64,000 nt of DNA from an uncultured Clostridia bacterium (GTDB taxonomy: Bacteria; Bacillota; Clostridia; Oscillospirales; Acutalibacteraceae): positions 8,395 through 72,394 of the forward strand of contig CALWJD010000006.1 of NCBI GenBank assembly GCA_944380925.1, read 5' to 3'. The position numbers and the translations under genes are program-made. Positions 48,470 through 56,693 of this stretch are shown piece after piece. The number at the start of each line of letters is the position of its first letter. The first letter of the stretch is position 1. The notes below the pieces were generated by a model. That model was not told the DNA's origin, ran no database searches, and saw only the letters and a list, made by a program, of their open reading frames with translations.

Positions 48470-49291
48470 TTGAAAACAAAAATAAATCTAAATTTATTTC
48501 CATATTTGATATGGATGGCAATATTTGTGATAGTACCTTTGTTTTTGGTGTTCGTTTTTGCATTTACAAACCCGAGTGGTGGATTTACATTCGAAAATAT
48601 AATGTATGTGGGTAAATATTCGAGTGTTTTCTTAAGGTCTATTGTTCTTGGAATAATATCCACTGTTATATGCTTGATTCTTGGGTATCCCATGGCGTAT
48701 TGCATATCAAAAGTAAAAATCAAATATCAAAGTGTTTTGATAATGCTTATGATGATTCCTATGTGGACGAGCTTTTTGCTTCGTACATATGCTTGGATGA
48801 CGATACTCGAATATAATGGTCTTTTAAATAAGCTCCTGGTTTTTGTGGGATTTTCCAAAATGAATATGATAAACACACCGGGCGCAATAATCTTGGGCAT
48901 GGTTTATAACTTTTTGCCATACATGATACTTCCCATATATACAGTCCTTGCCAAAATAGATAAGCGAGTAATCGAAGCTGCTCAGGACTTAGGAGCAAAT
49001 GGCATAAAAGTATTTTTAAAAGTTATTTTTCCGCTTAGCATACCCGGAGTCGTTTCAGGATTTACAATGGTATTTGTGCCATCGGTAAGTACGTTTATAA
49101 TTTCCAAAATGCTTGGCGGGGGGTCTATTTTAGTTATAGGTGACTTAATAGAAATGCAGTTTTTGGGCAATGCCTATAATCCGTATTTAGGTTCTGCAAT
49201 TTCACTTGTACTGATGGTAATAATTCTAATTTGTATGGGAATTATGAACCAAATCGATAGCAATTCCAGCTCAGAAAAATTGGCGGTTTAA
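48470..49291 (+). CDS. potB: spermidine/putrescine ABC transporter permease
   Basis: Polytopic permease with an EAAQDLGA EAA-loop. Confidence 0.88.
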   Translation: MKTKINLNLFPYLIWMAIFVIVPLFLVFVFAFTNPSGGFTFENIMYVGKYSSVFLRSIVLGIISTVICLILGYPMAYCISKVKIKYQSVLIMLMMIPMWTSFLLRTYAWMTILEYNGLLNKLLVFVGFSKMNMINTPGAIILGMVYNFLPYMILPIYTVLAKIDKRVIEAAQDLGANGIKVFLKVIFPLSIPGVVSGFTMVFVPSVSTFIISKMLGGGSILVIGDLIEMQFLGNAYNPYLGSAISLVLMVIILICMGIMNQIDSNSSSEKLAV

Positions 49292-49330
49292 TTGTCACCG
49301 ACTTCTTTTAAAAGGGAGGTATAACAACTA

Positions 49331-50146
49331 TTGAAAATTTTGCATAAAGTTTACATGGCGCTAATTTTCATATTTTTATACGCACCAATATTTGTGCTTA
49401 TGGCGTTTTCTTTTAATAACTCTAAAAGCCGAATTGTTTGGTCGGGATTTACGTTTAAATGGTACTATAGATTGTTTGAAAACCAAGATATACTTTCCGC
49501 GTTCTATAACACCTTGATAGTAGCTTCGGTTTCCGCAATACTGGCAACACTGCTTGGCACGGTTGCAGCCGTTGAAATTTCCAAAATAAAAAAGTGGCCA
49601 AAACAAATAATAATGAACGTAACTAACTTGCCGATGGTAAATCCTGAAATTGTAACAGGCGTATCGCTTATGCTTTTGTTTGTATTTTTATATAATAGTT
49701 TTGGCTTACTTAAACCTGGTTTGTTCACCTTAGTATTGGCACACACAACATTTTGCTTACCATATGTTATACTTTCCGTTATGCCAAAATTTAGACAAAT
49801 GGATCCGCATATATATGAAGCGGCAATGGATCTTGGCTGTAGCCCGACAAGAGCATTTTTTAAAGTTGTTATGCCGCAAATTATGCCAGGAATAGTTACG
49901 GGAATGATAATGTCGTTTACGATGTCCATTGATGATTTTGTTATCAGTTATTTTGTAGGCGGTACAACTCAAACTCTGCCGATTGCGGTTTATTCTATGA
50001 CAAGAAAAATAGTAAGCCCCGAAATAAACGCACTTTCAAGTGTAATGTTTATAGCTGTGTTTATTCTTTTACTAATAATAAATTTGCGTCAAGAAAAAGA
50101 TAAAATTGTTACTTCTTTAAAAAAGAAAAATAAATCCGCATCTTAA
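49331..50146 (+). CDS. potC: spermidine/putrescine ABC transporter permease
   Basis: Polytopic permease with an EAAMDLG EAA-loop. Confidence 0.88.
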   Translation: MKILHKVYMALIFIFLYAPIFVLMAFSFNNSKSRIVWSGFTFKWYYRLFENQDILSAFYNTLIVASVSAILATLLGTVAAVEISKIKKWPKQIIMNVTNLPMVNPEIVTGVSLMLLFVFLYNSFGLLKPGLFTLVLAHTTFCLPYVILSVMPKFRQMDPHIYEAAMDLGCSPTRAFFKVVMPQIMPGIVTGMIMSFTMSIDDFVISYFVGGTTQTLPIAVYSMTRKIVSPEINALSSVMFIAVFILLLIINLRQEKDKIVTSLKKKNKSAS

Positions 50147-50167
50147 ATTTATAATTTGGAGAAAAAA

Positions 50168-51361
50168 GTGAAAAAAATTTTTAATTTTAGTATCAAAATT
50201 CTTTGTTTATTAATACCGTTATTTGCCATTTTTCTGTTCGGTGGCTGTGCATTTGATAAGGAAAACGAAGAAAACAGCATAAATGTTTACAGCTGGGGGG
50301 AATTTATTGCAAACGGCACTGACGGAAATATTAACGTTAACAAAGAATTTACCAAAAGAACAGGGATAAAGGTAAATTATAAAACTTTTCAGAATAATGA
50401 AGAATTGTTTGCTAAACTTGTTGGCGGCGGTGCGGATTATGACGTAATTATCCCCTCCGACTACATGATTTCACGCTTAATTGAAAATGATATGCTTGCA
50501 CCCCTTAACTTTGATAATATTCCAAGCTATAACTTAATTGACGAGAAATTCAAAAACTTAAATTTTGATCCACAAAACAAATATTCCGTACCATACATGT
50601 GGGGGCTAATTGGCATTTTTTACAACAAAAAAGAGGTAAGTATTCCCGAAAGTGAAATAAATTGGGATATACTGTGGGAAACAAAATATAAAAATAAAAT
50701 ACTTATGTTTGATAATGCCCGTGATTCTTTTGCAATTTCTTTATTAAGACTCGGTTACTCATTAAACACAACCGAACCTTCAAATTGGCGAGAAGCTGCC
50801 GATGAACTTATAAAACAAAAACCATTGGTACAAGCTTACGTTATGGATCAAATTTTTGATAAAATGGCAAATGGTGAAGCGGTTTTGGCTCCGTATTATG
50901 CAGGCGATGCAGCCACTTTGATTAAAAATAATCCTGACATAGGTTTTGTTATTCCAAAATCAGGAACAAATAAATTTGTAGATTCTATGTGCATACCCAA
51001 AAATTCAAAACATAAAGCACTTGCTGAAAAATATATAAATTTTATGTGCGAAACAGATATATCACTTGCAAATTTAAAGCAAACCGGTTATTCTACACCC
51101 CAAAAAGAAGCCTACGAAATGCTTAGCGATGACATAAAACAAAATAAAATTTTCTATCCCGATAACGATATAATGGAAAAATCCGATGTTTTTGTTAATC
51201 TTCCGGAAAATATAAATAAACTAATGGACGAACTTTGGATTGAAGTTAAATCCGGTGGTGCATATAGTCCCGAATGGATGCTGGTTATAATTTTGCTCAT
51301 GTTTGTTTTAATATATTTGGGAGTGCTTATGTATAAAAAATTTAAAATAAAAGCCAAATAA
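50168..51361 (+). CDS. potD: spermidine/putrescine-binding lipoprotein with an extra C-terminal TM helix
   Basis: Lipobox LFGGC and PotD-like body (YSWGEF, IPSDYM, PYMWG). The C-terminal segment WMLVIILLMFVLIYLGVLMYKKFKIKAK is hydrophobic. The likely start is GTG at 50168, after GGAG. Confidence 0.85.
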   Translation: MKKIFNFSIKILCLLIPLFAIFLFGGCAFDKENEENSINVYSWGEFIANGTDGNINVNKEFTKRTGIKVNYKTFQNNEELFAKLVGGGADYDVIIPSDYMISRLIENDMLAPLNFDNIPSYNLIDEKFKNLNFDPQNKYSVPYMWGLIGIFYNKKEVSIPESEINWDILWETKYKNKILMFDNARDSFAISLLRLGYSLNTTEPSNWREAADELIKQKPLVQAYVMDQIFDKMANGEAVLAPYYAGDAATLIKNNPDIGFVIPKSGTNKFVDSMCIPKNSKHKALAEKYINFMCETDISLANLKQTGYSTPQKEAYEMLSDDIKQNKIFYPDNDIMEKSDVFVNLPENINKLMDELWIEVKSGGAYSPEWMLVIILLMFVLIYLGVLMYKKFKIKAK

Positions 51362-51385
51362 AATAATACTAAAATTGGAGAGTAA

Positions 51386-52066
51386 ATGATGATCTCGATA
51401 GCTATAGACGGTCCTTCCGGTTCGGGAAAAAGCAGTATTTCAAAAGTTCTTGCAAAAAAGCTTGGATTCATAAGCCTTGACACCGGAGCACTGTACCGCA
51501 CAATTGCGTATTTTTTAAAAACCCGAAAAATAAATTACGAAGACGAAAATACGGTAGCACAAAATCTTCAAGATATAAATATGAATTTAAGGTATTTAAA
51601 TTCAAATCAGAGGGTATTTTTAAACGATAAAGATGTTACAAATGTTATACGTTCTGAAGAAATTTCAATGATTTCTTCCCGTATATCGGCAATGCCGTGC
51701 ATTAGAAATTATCTTTTGGAATTTCAGCGAAACATGGCAAAAAAACATAATATTATTATGGATGGCAGAGATATCGGAACGGTTGTTTTACCAAATGCGG
51801 ACGTCAAAATCTTTTTAACGGCTTTTCCCGAAGTTCGTGCCAAAAGAAGATATTTACAGCTAATCGAAAGTGGTGAAAAGGCTGAGTATAATGCAATAGT
51901 TGCTGACGTTATCAAGCGTGATTTTAACGATACACACCGAAAAATTTCGCCTCTTAAGCAAGCAAAAGACGCCATTTTTTTTGATAGTTCAAAATATGAT
52001 TTTGAACAAACAGTAGATAACCTTTTAAAAATTATTAAGGAGCGTATCCCCCGTGAAGCAAAATAA
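51386..52066 (+). CDS. cmk: cytidylate kinase
   Basis: IAIDGPSGSGKSS P-loop and DGRDIGT motif. Confidence 0.94.
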   Translation: MMISIAIDGPSGSGKSSISKVLAKKLGFISLDTGALYRTIAYFLKTRKINYEDENTVAQNLQDINMNLRYLNSNQRVFLNDKDVTNVIRSEEISMISSRISAMPCIRNYLLEFQRNMAKKHNIIMDGRDIGTVVLPNADVKIFLTAFPEVRAKRRYLQLIESGEKAEYNAIVADVIKRDFNDTHRKISPLKQAKDAIFFDSSKYDFEQTVDNLLKIIKERIPREAK

Positions 52067-52664
52067 GAAACTATATAAATTTGTATCATTTATTTTAAGG
52101 CCAATTATAAAAATACTGTTTCCGTGCGAAATTAAAGGATTGGAAAAGTTGGAAAAATTAAAAGGCGGATATATACTTTGCGCCAATCATTTATCAAATA
52201 TGGATCCGGTATTTTTAATTTTGTTTAATCCGAAACCAATCTGCTTTATGGCTAAACAAGAGCTTTTTAAAAACAAAATACTAGGTAGATTTTTTTCTTC
52301 TTTGGGAGCATTTGCAGTAAAACGGGGAAAAGGGGATAGAAGCGCTCTTGATAATGCCAAGCAAGTTTTAGAAAATAGCGATATATTAGGTATATTTATT
52401 GAAGGAACACGCTCTAAAACCGGAGAATTTTTAAGGCCAAAATCCGGAGCAGCGCTACTTGCATATGAAACAAAGTCAACAGTTGTAACAGCATGCATTA
52501 CGGGGGCATCTAAAGATAACAAAATTAGATTATTTAAAAAAACTACAATAGAATATAGTGATCCTATAGATTTTAAGGAACTTGGAATAAACGAAGGAAC
52601 CCGTCTGGAACTTAAATCTGCAACCAATTTAATAATGGATAAAATAAAAGAATTAAGGAGCTAA
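52053..52664 (+). CDS. plsC: 1-acyl-sn-glycerol-3-phosphate acyltransferase
   Basis: NHLSNMD (HX4D) and FIEGTRS motifs. It overlaps the cmk stop. Confidence 0.88.
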   Translation: MKQNKKLYKFVSFILRPIIKILFPCEIKGLEKLEKLKGGYILCANHLSNMDPVFLILFNPKPICFMAKQELFKNKILGRFFSSLGAFAVKRGKGDRSALDNAKQVLENSDILGIFIEGTRSKTGEFLRPKSGAALLAYETKSTVVTACITGASKDNKIRLFKKTTIEYSDPIDFKELGINEGTRLELKSATNLIMDKIKELRS

Positions 52665-52668
52665 GTTT

Positions 52669-53517
52669 ATGAACGCTGAAATATCTAAAACCTCAGGATT
52701 TTGTATGGGAGTCGGTAATGCTGTATCTTTGGTTGAAGATTTGCTTGAAAAAAACAAAAAAGTCTGCACTTTAGGGCCGATTATACATAATCCAAAAGTT
52801 ATAGAAAAATTTGCCCGCAAAGGTGTTAAAATCATTAATAAGGCCTCCGAAAGCGATTTCGAGTCAGTGGTTGTAATACGTTCTCATGGTGTTACAAAAT
52901 CTGAACTTGAATACATAAAAGAAAACAATATCAATTTTGTTGATGGAACTTGTCGGTTCGTTAAAAAAATTCATGATATAGCTGATAAATATTCCAAAGT
53001 GGCAGAATTTTTGCTTATAGCAGGAAACAGCATTCACCCGGAAGTAGTTGGCATCAGAAGTTATTTTTCAGGTGAAAGTTTTGTTTTTAAAAATTTAGAT
53101 GAATTAAAGGAAATAGTTTCAAAAAATAGCAAATTAAAAAACAGCTCTGTTTTGGTTATTGCGCAAACTACTTATAGTACCGAAGAGTGGGGTAAATGTA
53201 CCGATTTTATAAAAAGTAAGCTCCCAAATGCCAAGATTTTTAATACCATATGCCATACCACCAATTTAAGGCAACAAGAAGCAAGAGACCTTTCGAAAAA
53301 GTCTGATTTAATGATTGTTATCGGCGGAAAACAAAGTTCTAACACTTTAAAGCTTTATAATATTTGTTCGGAAAATGCGCCGACAGTATGGATAGAAGAC
53401 GCAAAGGAGCTTGAAAGTATGAATATAAAAAAATATGAGAATATAGGCATTGTGGCCGGTGCTTCAACTCCAAAAGCTGATATAGATGAGGCCTATCAAA
53501 AAATTTGTATACTGTGA
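52669..53517 (+). CDS. ispH: 4-hydroxy-3-methylbut-2-enyl diphosphate reductase
   Basis: GFCMGV, GPIIHN, RSHG and SSNT motifs, in the cmk-plsC-ispH order. Confidence 0.93.
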   Translation: MNAEISKTSGFCMGVGNAVSLVEDLLEKNKKVCTLGPIIHNPKVIEKFARKGVKIINKASESDFESVVVIRSHGVTKSELEYIKENNINFVDGTCRFVKKIHDIADKYSKVAEFLLIAGNSIHPEVVGIRSYFSGESFVFKNLDELKEIVSKNSKLKNSSVLVIAQTTYSTEEWGKCTDFIKSKLPNAKIFNTICHTTNLRQQEARDLSKKSDLMIVIGGKQSSNTLKLYNICSENAPTVWIEDAKELESMNIKKYENIGIVAGASTPKADIDEAYQKICIL

Positions 53518-53536
53518 TAGTATACAAATTTTTTTA
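53502..53536 (+). terminator. intrinsic terminator overlapping the ispH stop codon
   Basis: Perfect 12-bp stem aatttgtatact / agtatacaaatt with a 5-nt loop, followed by ttttt. Confidence 0.8.
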
Positions 53537-53640
53537 AAATAATTTGTCATGGTATTTTAATGAAAAAATTGATATTCTCTCCTAAAACATGGTAAAGTAT
53601 ATATATAATTTCAAATTATATATAAGGTGGGTAATTCACG

Positions 53641-53889
53641 ATGGAAAAACTCAATACCAAAGACCTAACCAATATTGTCGGCGGACTCGAAAATCATGTT
53701 GCGGGGATGTCACGAGATAGAGCTCTGGAGATTTTATCCAAGCTTTCAGATGATGAAAGAACATATATTGATGAGTTTAATCAACCTATGAATGCCAGTG
53801 AATTTAAAAAGTATTGGCAAGAATCTAACAACACCACTTTATTGCCTGAAAATAATAGCAACGAACAAATTAATTCAAACAACCAGTAG
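53641..53889 (+). CDS. small protein with a double-glycine (GG) type leader peptide
   Basis: MEKLNTKDLTNIVGG fits the LSxxELxxIxGG leader consensus. AAGGTGG SD lies 10 nt upstream. The candidate promoter is TTGATA (53569), 18 nt, TGgTAAAGT. Confidence 0.6.
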   Translation: MEKLNTKDLTNIVGGLENHVAGMSRDRALEILSKLSDDERTYIDEFNQPMNASEFKKYWQESNNTTLLPENNSNEQINSNNQ

Positions 53890-53891
53890 CA

Positions 53892-55088
53892 TTACTTTAT
53901 TATATACAGCTTTTTTTGCGGAGGGCATAGCGGTATGCCTCCGTTTTTTGTTACCCATATCATTTCTTCTATTGACCCGCCATTTTCAATTTGTATTCTT
54001 GGTTCTATCGTATAAACTGCGTTTTCTTGCAAAAATAAGGAAGATCGTTTATGCCCTTTTGGCGAAAAACTGGTTCCCGGGCTGTGTGCCGTTTCTCCCA
54101 CGGGGTGACCTGTTGCGTGGTTATAATCAGGGTAACCGCTTTCTGTTATTTTGCTTCTGACTATTTTATCTATTTCATAGCCTTTTTTAGTCGGCAAACA
54201 GTTTTTTATTCCCATATCTATGGCTGTTACAAGGGTATCAAATACTTTTTGTATATCTTCCGGAGGCCGCATTTCATTTTTTTGCAAAACGTATCCCATA
54301 CGCTGTATATCGCTTGAGTATTTTTTTCCATTTTTTAAAAATATTTTTACTCCAAAATCAAAATAAATGGTTTCTCCTCTGTGCAGTGAATAGTTTTCAG
54401 CACATGAATGCCCGCCCTTTTTTAAATTTGGCCCTATTAAAACCACAGGGCATAATTCCGGCTCCCAAGAAAACTCTTCTTTTATTATTCCAAACTTTTT
54501 AAAATAATACGGCTTTTGGCTAAAGATGTTATGCACCAAATTTACGATTTGTTTTTCCGTCATACCTATTCTTATTTTCTTAAATGCGGTTTCTAATATC
54601 TGAAGAGCCCTTTTAGCGGCGATTTGCATATACTTAATATCTTCATCTGTTTTTCTATCCATAAGCGTATATATGATATTATCCGCAGACAAAAAATTAG
54701 GAACCATTTTCTTGCTTTCGCTATAATAAGAGCTTATGTTATCGCGCAAAAATTTAAATATTCCGTAGCCTAAAATATCTGTTTGAGAATCTAATTTATC
54801 CGAAAAATTAAGATAAATATTTTTTGGATATTTTAATTTTTGCAAAACTTTAAAGACATTACCTATAAGGGAATTTTCTCCCGAATAAATAATAACATTC
54901 CCTTCAAAATTTTTTACGTTTTCATAATCTAGACTGTGTACTATAAGATATTTTTCATTGTTGCTTAAAATTGAAACAGCGGGTACAATGGTTTTACCGG
55001 TTATAAACTTTGCAAAATATGGGTCTTTGTTTTCTGCATCGTACATAATCCATACGCTATCGCTATTTAAAATTGAATCCAAATGCAT
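53892..55088 (-). CDS. M24-family metallopeptidase (Xaa-Pro aminopeptidase/creatinase-like)
   Basis: Pita-bread-fold metal-ligand context (YFDFGV, DIQRM, HATGHPVGETAHSPG, TIEP). Confidence 0.75.
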   Translation of the reverse strand: MHLDSILNSDSVWIMYDAENKDPYFAKFITGKTIVPAVSILSNNEKYLIVHSLDYENVKNFEGNVIIYSGENSLIGNVFKVLQKLKYPKNIYLNFSDKLDSQTDILGYGIFKFLRDNISSYYSESKKMVPNFLSADNIIYTLMDRKTDEDIKYMQIAAKRALQILETAFKKIRIGMTEKQIVNLVHNIFSQKPYYFKKFGIIKEEFSWEPELCPVVLIGPNLKKGGHSCAENYSLHRGETIYFDFGVKIFLKNGKKYSSDIQRMGYVLQKNEMRPPEDIQKVFDTLVTAIDMGIKNCLPTKKGYEIDKIVRSKITESGYPDYNHATGHPVGETAHSPGTSFSPKGHKRSSLFLQENAVYTIEPRIQIENGGSIEEMIWVTKNGGIPLCPPQKKLYIIK

Positions 55089-55196
55089 TAAATGTTCTCC
55101 TTTTTATCTGTTTTTTAGATAAAATAATTTTACCATATTATAAGAGAGATGTTTTAAATAAAGAAAGTAAAATATTTAACTGATTTATCACTTACA

Positions 55197-55718
55197 TTGG
55201 CCATATGCTTTATAATTAGCTTTTTCCCTATATTAAGGCTTCCGTTTGGTGGAGCAATAACCATAGGGAAGATGTTGCCTCTTGTTTTTTTTACGTACTT
55301 TTACGGATTAAAGTCCGGAGTGCTTGCAGGGTTTGTTTACAGCATTTTGCAAATAACTATTTTTTTTCATGTCCCGCCCGCACAGACTCCGTTTGCTTTT
55401 ATATTCGCAATTTTGCTTGACTATGTAATTCCTTATGTATTTATAGGTTTTACGGAGTTTTTTAAAAAAAATGTTTTTCATAACACAAAAAAGTATTTTG
55501 TCTTAAGTATAATTTTTTCGTATTCCGTTCGTTTTTTATGTGGTTTCCTTTCGGGAATTATAATTTGGAGCGAGTATATACCAACGCAATACAATATTTG
55601 TATATATTCTTTGGTTTATAATTTAATTTATATTGTGCCCGAAACGCTGATAGCACTTATAGTTTGCAATATTTTACTCAATTTTTTTGTAACCAAAAAT
55701 ATCAATCACACCTTATAA
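55197..55718 (+). CDS. thiT: ECF-transporter S component for thiamine (ThiT/YuaJ-like)
   Basis: The protein is alignable by eye to B. subtilis YuaJ (FGGAITIGKMLPLVFF..GLKSG, LLDYVIPYVFIG, IYSLVYNLIYIVP). The start codon is uncertain (see findings). Confidence 0.7.
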   Translation: MAICFIISFFPILRLPFGGAITIGKMLPLVFFTYFYGLKSGVLAGFVYSILQITIFFHVPPAQTPFAFIFAILLDYVIPYVFIGFTEFFKKNVFHNTKKYFVLSIIFSYSVRFLCGFLSGIIIWSEYIPTQYNICIYSLVYNLIYIVPETLIALIVCNILLNFFVTKNINHTL

Positions 55719-55760
55719 ATTAAGTTAATAGTATGCTTAATGTAAAGGGTGTGATTTTTC

Positions 55761-56324
55761 ATGGCAATTAAAATTTTTATCGATCAAGGGCACAATCCTC
55801 AGGGCATCAATGCAGGAGCAGAAGGGTTTGGACTGCGAGAGCAAGACGTTACATATAATGTTGGAATGTATCTTGCCGATTTACTTAGGAAAGACTCCAG
55901 ATTCGAAGTAAGAACTTCCCGAAACTCACCCGATGAAGTTTTGGGAACGAGTAACTCAACCAGTTTATCCGCAAGAGTAAATGCCGCAAACAGCTGGCCT
56001 GCAAATTATTTCATAAGTATACATGCAAACGCAAACACAAATCCGGTTATAAATGGGACGGAAGTGTATGTATATCAAGAATATTCACAGTCTTATTATT
56101 TGGCCGAACGAGTTTTAAGTGCGATTGTTTCAAATGTTGGTACAAAAAATAACGGCATAAGGGTAAGGCCTTCTTTATACGTTTTAAGGAAAACCAATAT
56201 GCCTGCAATTTTAATTGAGCTTGCTTATATAACAAACGCGGCAGATGCCGAAAAACTAAAAAATAATCAATATCAGTTTGCCAAAGCTATTTATAGCGGA
56301 CTACTTACTTATTTTGGATTTTGA
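55761..56324 (+). CDS. N-acetylmuramoyl-L-alanine amidase (Amidase_3 family), no signal peptide
   Basis: IFIDQGHN, SIHANA and ILIELAYITN motifs of the zinc amidase family. Confidence 0.85.
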   Translation: MAIKIFIDQGHNPQGINAGAEGFGLREQDVTYNVGMYLADLLRKDSRFEVRTSRNSPDEVLGTSNSTSLSARVNAANSWPANYFISIHANANTNPVINGTEVYVYQEYSQSYYLAERVLSAIVSNVGTKNNGIRVRPSLYVLRKTNMPAILIELAYITNAADAEKLKNNQYQFAKAIYSGLLTYFGF

Positions 56325-56393
56325 AATATAAAATAAAATCTCTCTCGGGCTATACCGAGGGTATTTTACTTATGAAATAAGAAAAGCTAAATA

Positions 56394-56422
56394 CTTCACA
56401 ATACTTAAAAATTATGTTAAAA
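56394..56422 (+). promoter_or_regulatory. candidate promoter of the 56460-57392 reading frame
   Basis: TTCACA, 17 nt, TAAAAT, with a TGn extended -10. Confidence 0.45.
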
Positions 56423-56693
56423 TAACAATAGAAAACAGTAGAAGTTTTAAAACTATTAAAAGAGGATTGGATTAAAAACGAAGAACATTAATGCAAAAGT
56501 ATGGCGCAAAAAGAATGAAAATAAGGTAGGAAAATTTCTGGCAAGCACACTTTCAATTATTTTATCTCTTAACGCCATAGCTTTAGCGCATGAGAAAAAT
56601 CAAGACCAAAGTAGGCAACCACAAAAGCAAGAAATTTCAAGTAATATTAAAAAAGATAGCAAGAAACATTCCGCAAAAAACTTAGGCACCGGT

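Noticed and set aside
53792-54160. 122-aa plus-strand ORF overlapping the end of the GG-leader gene and the 3' end of the M24 peptidase gene.
   Set aside because: It is a shadow frame of the well-supported minus-strand peptidase gene, and it has no SD.
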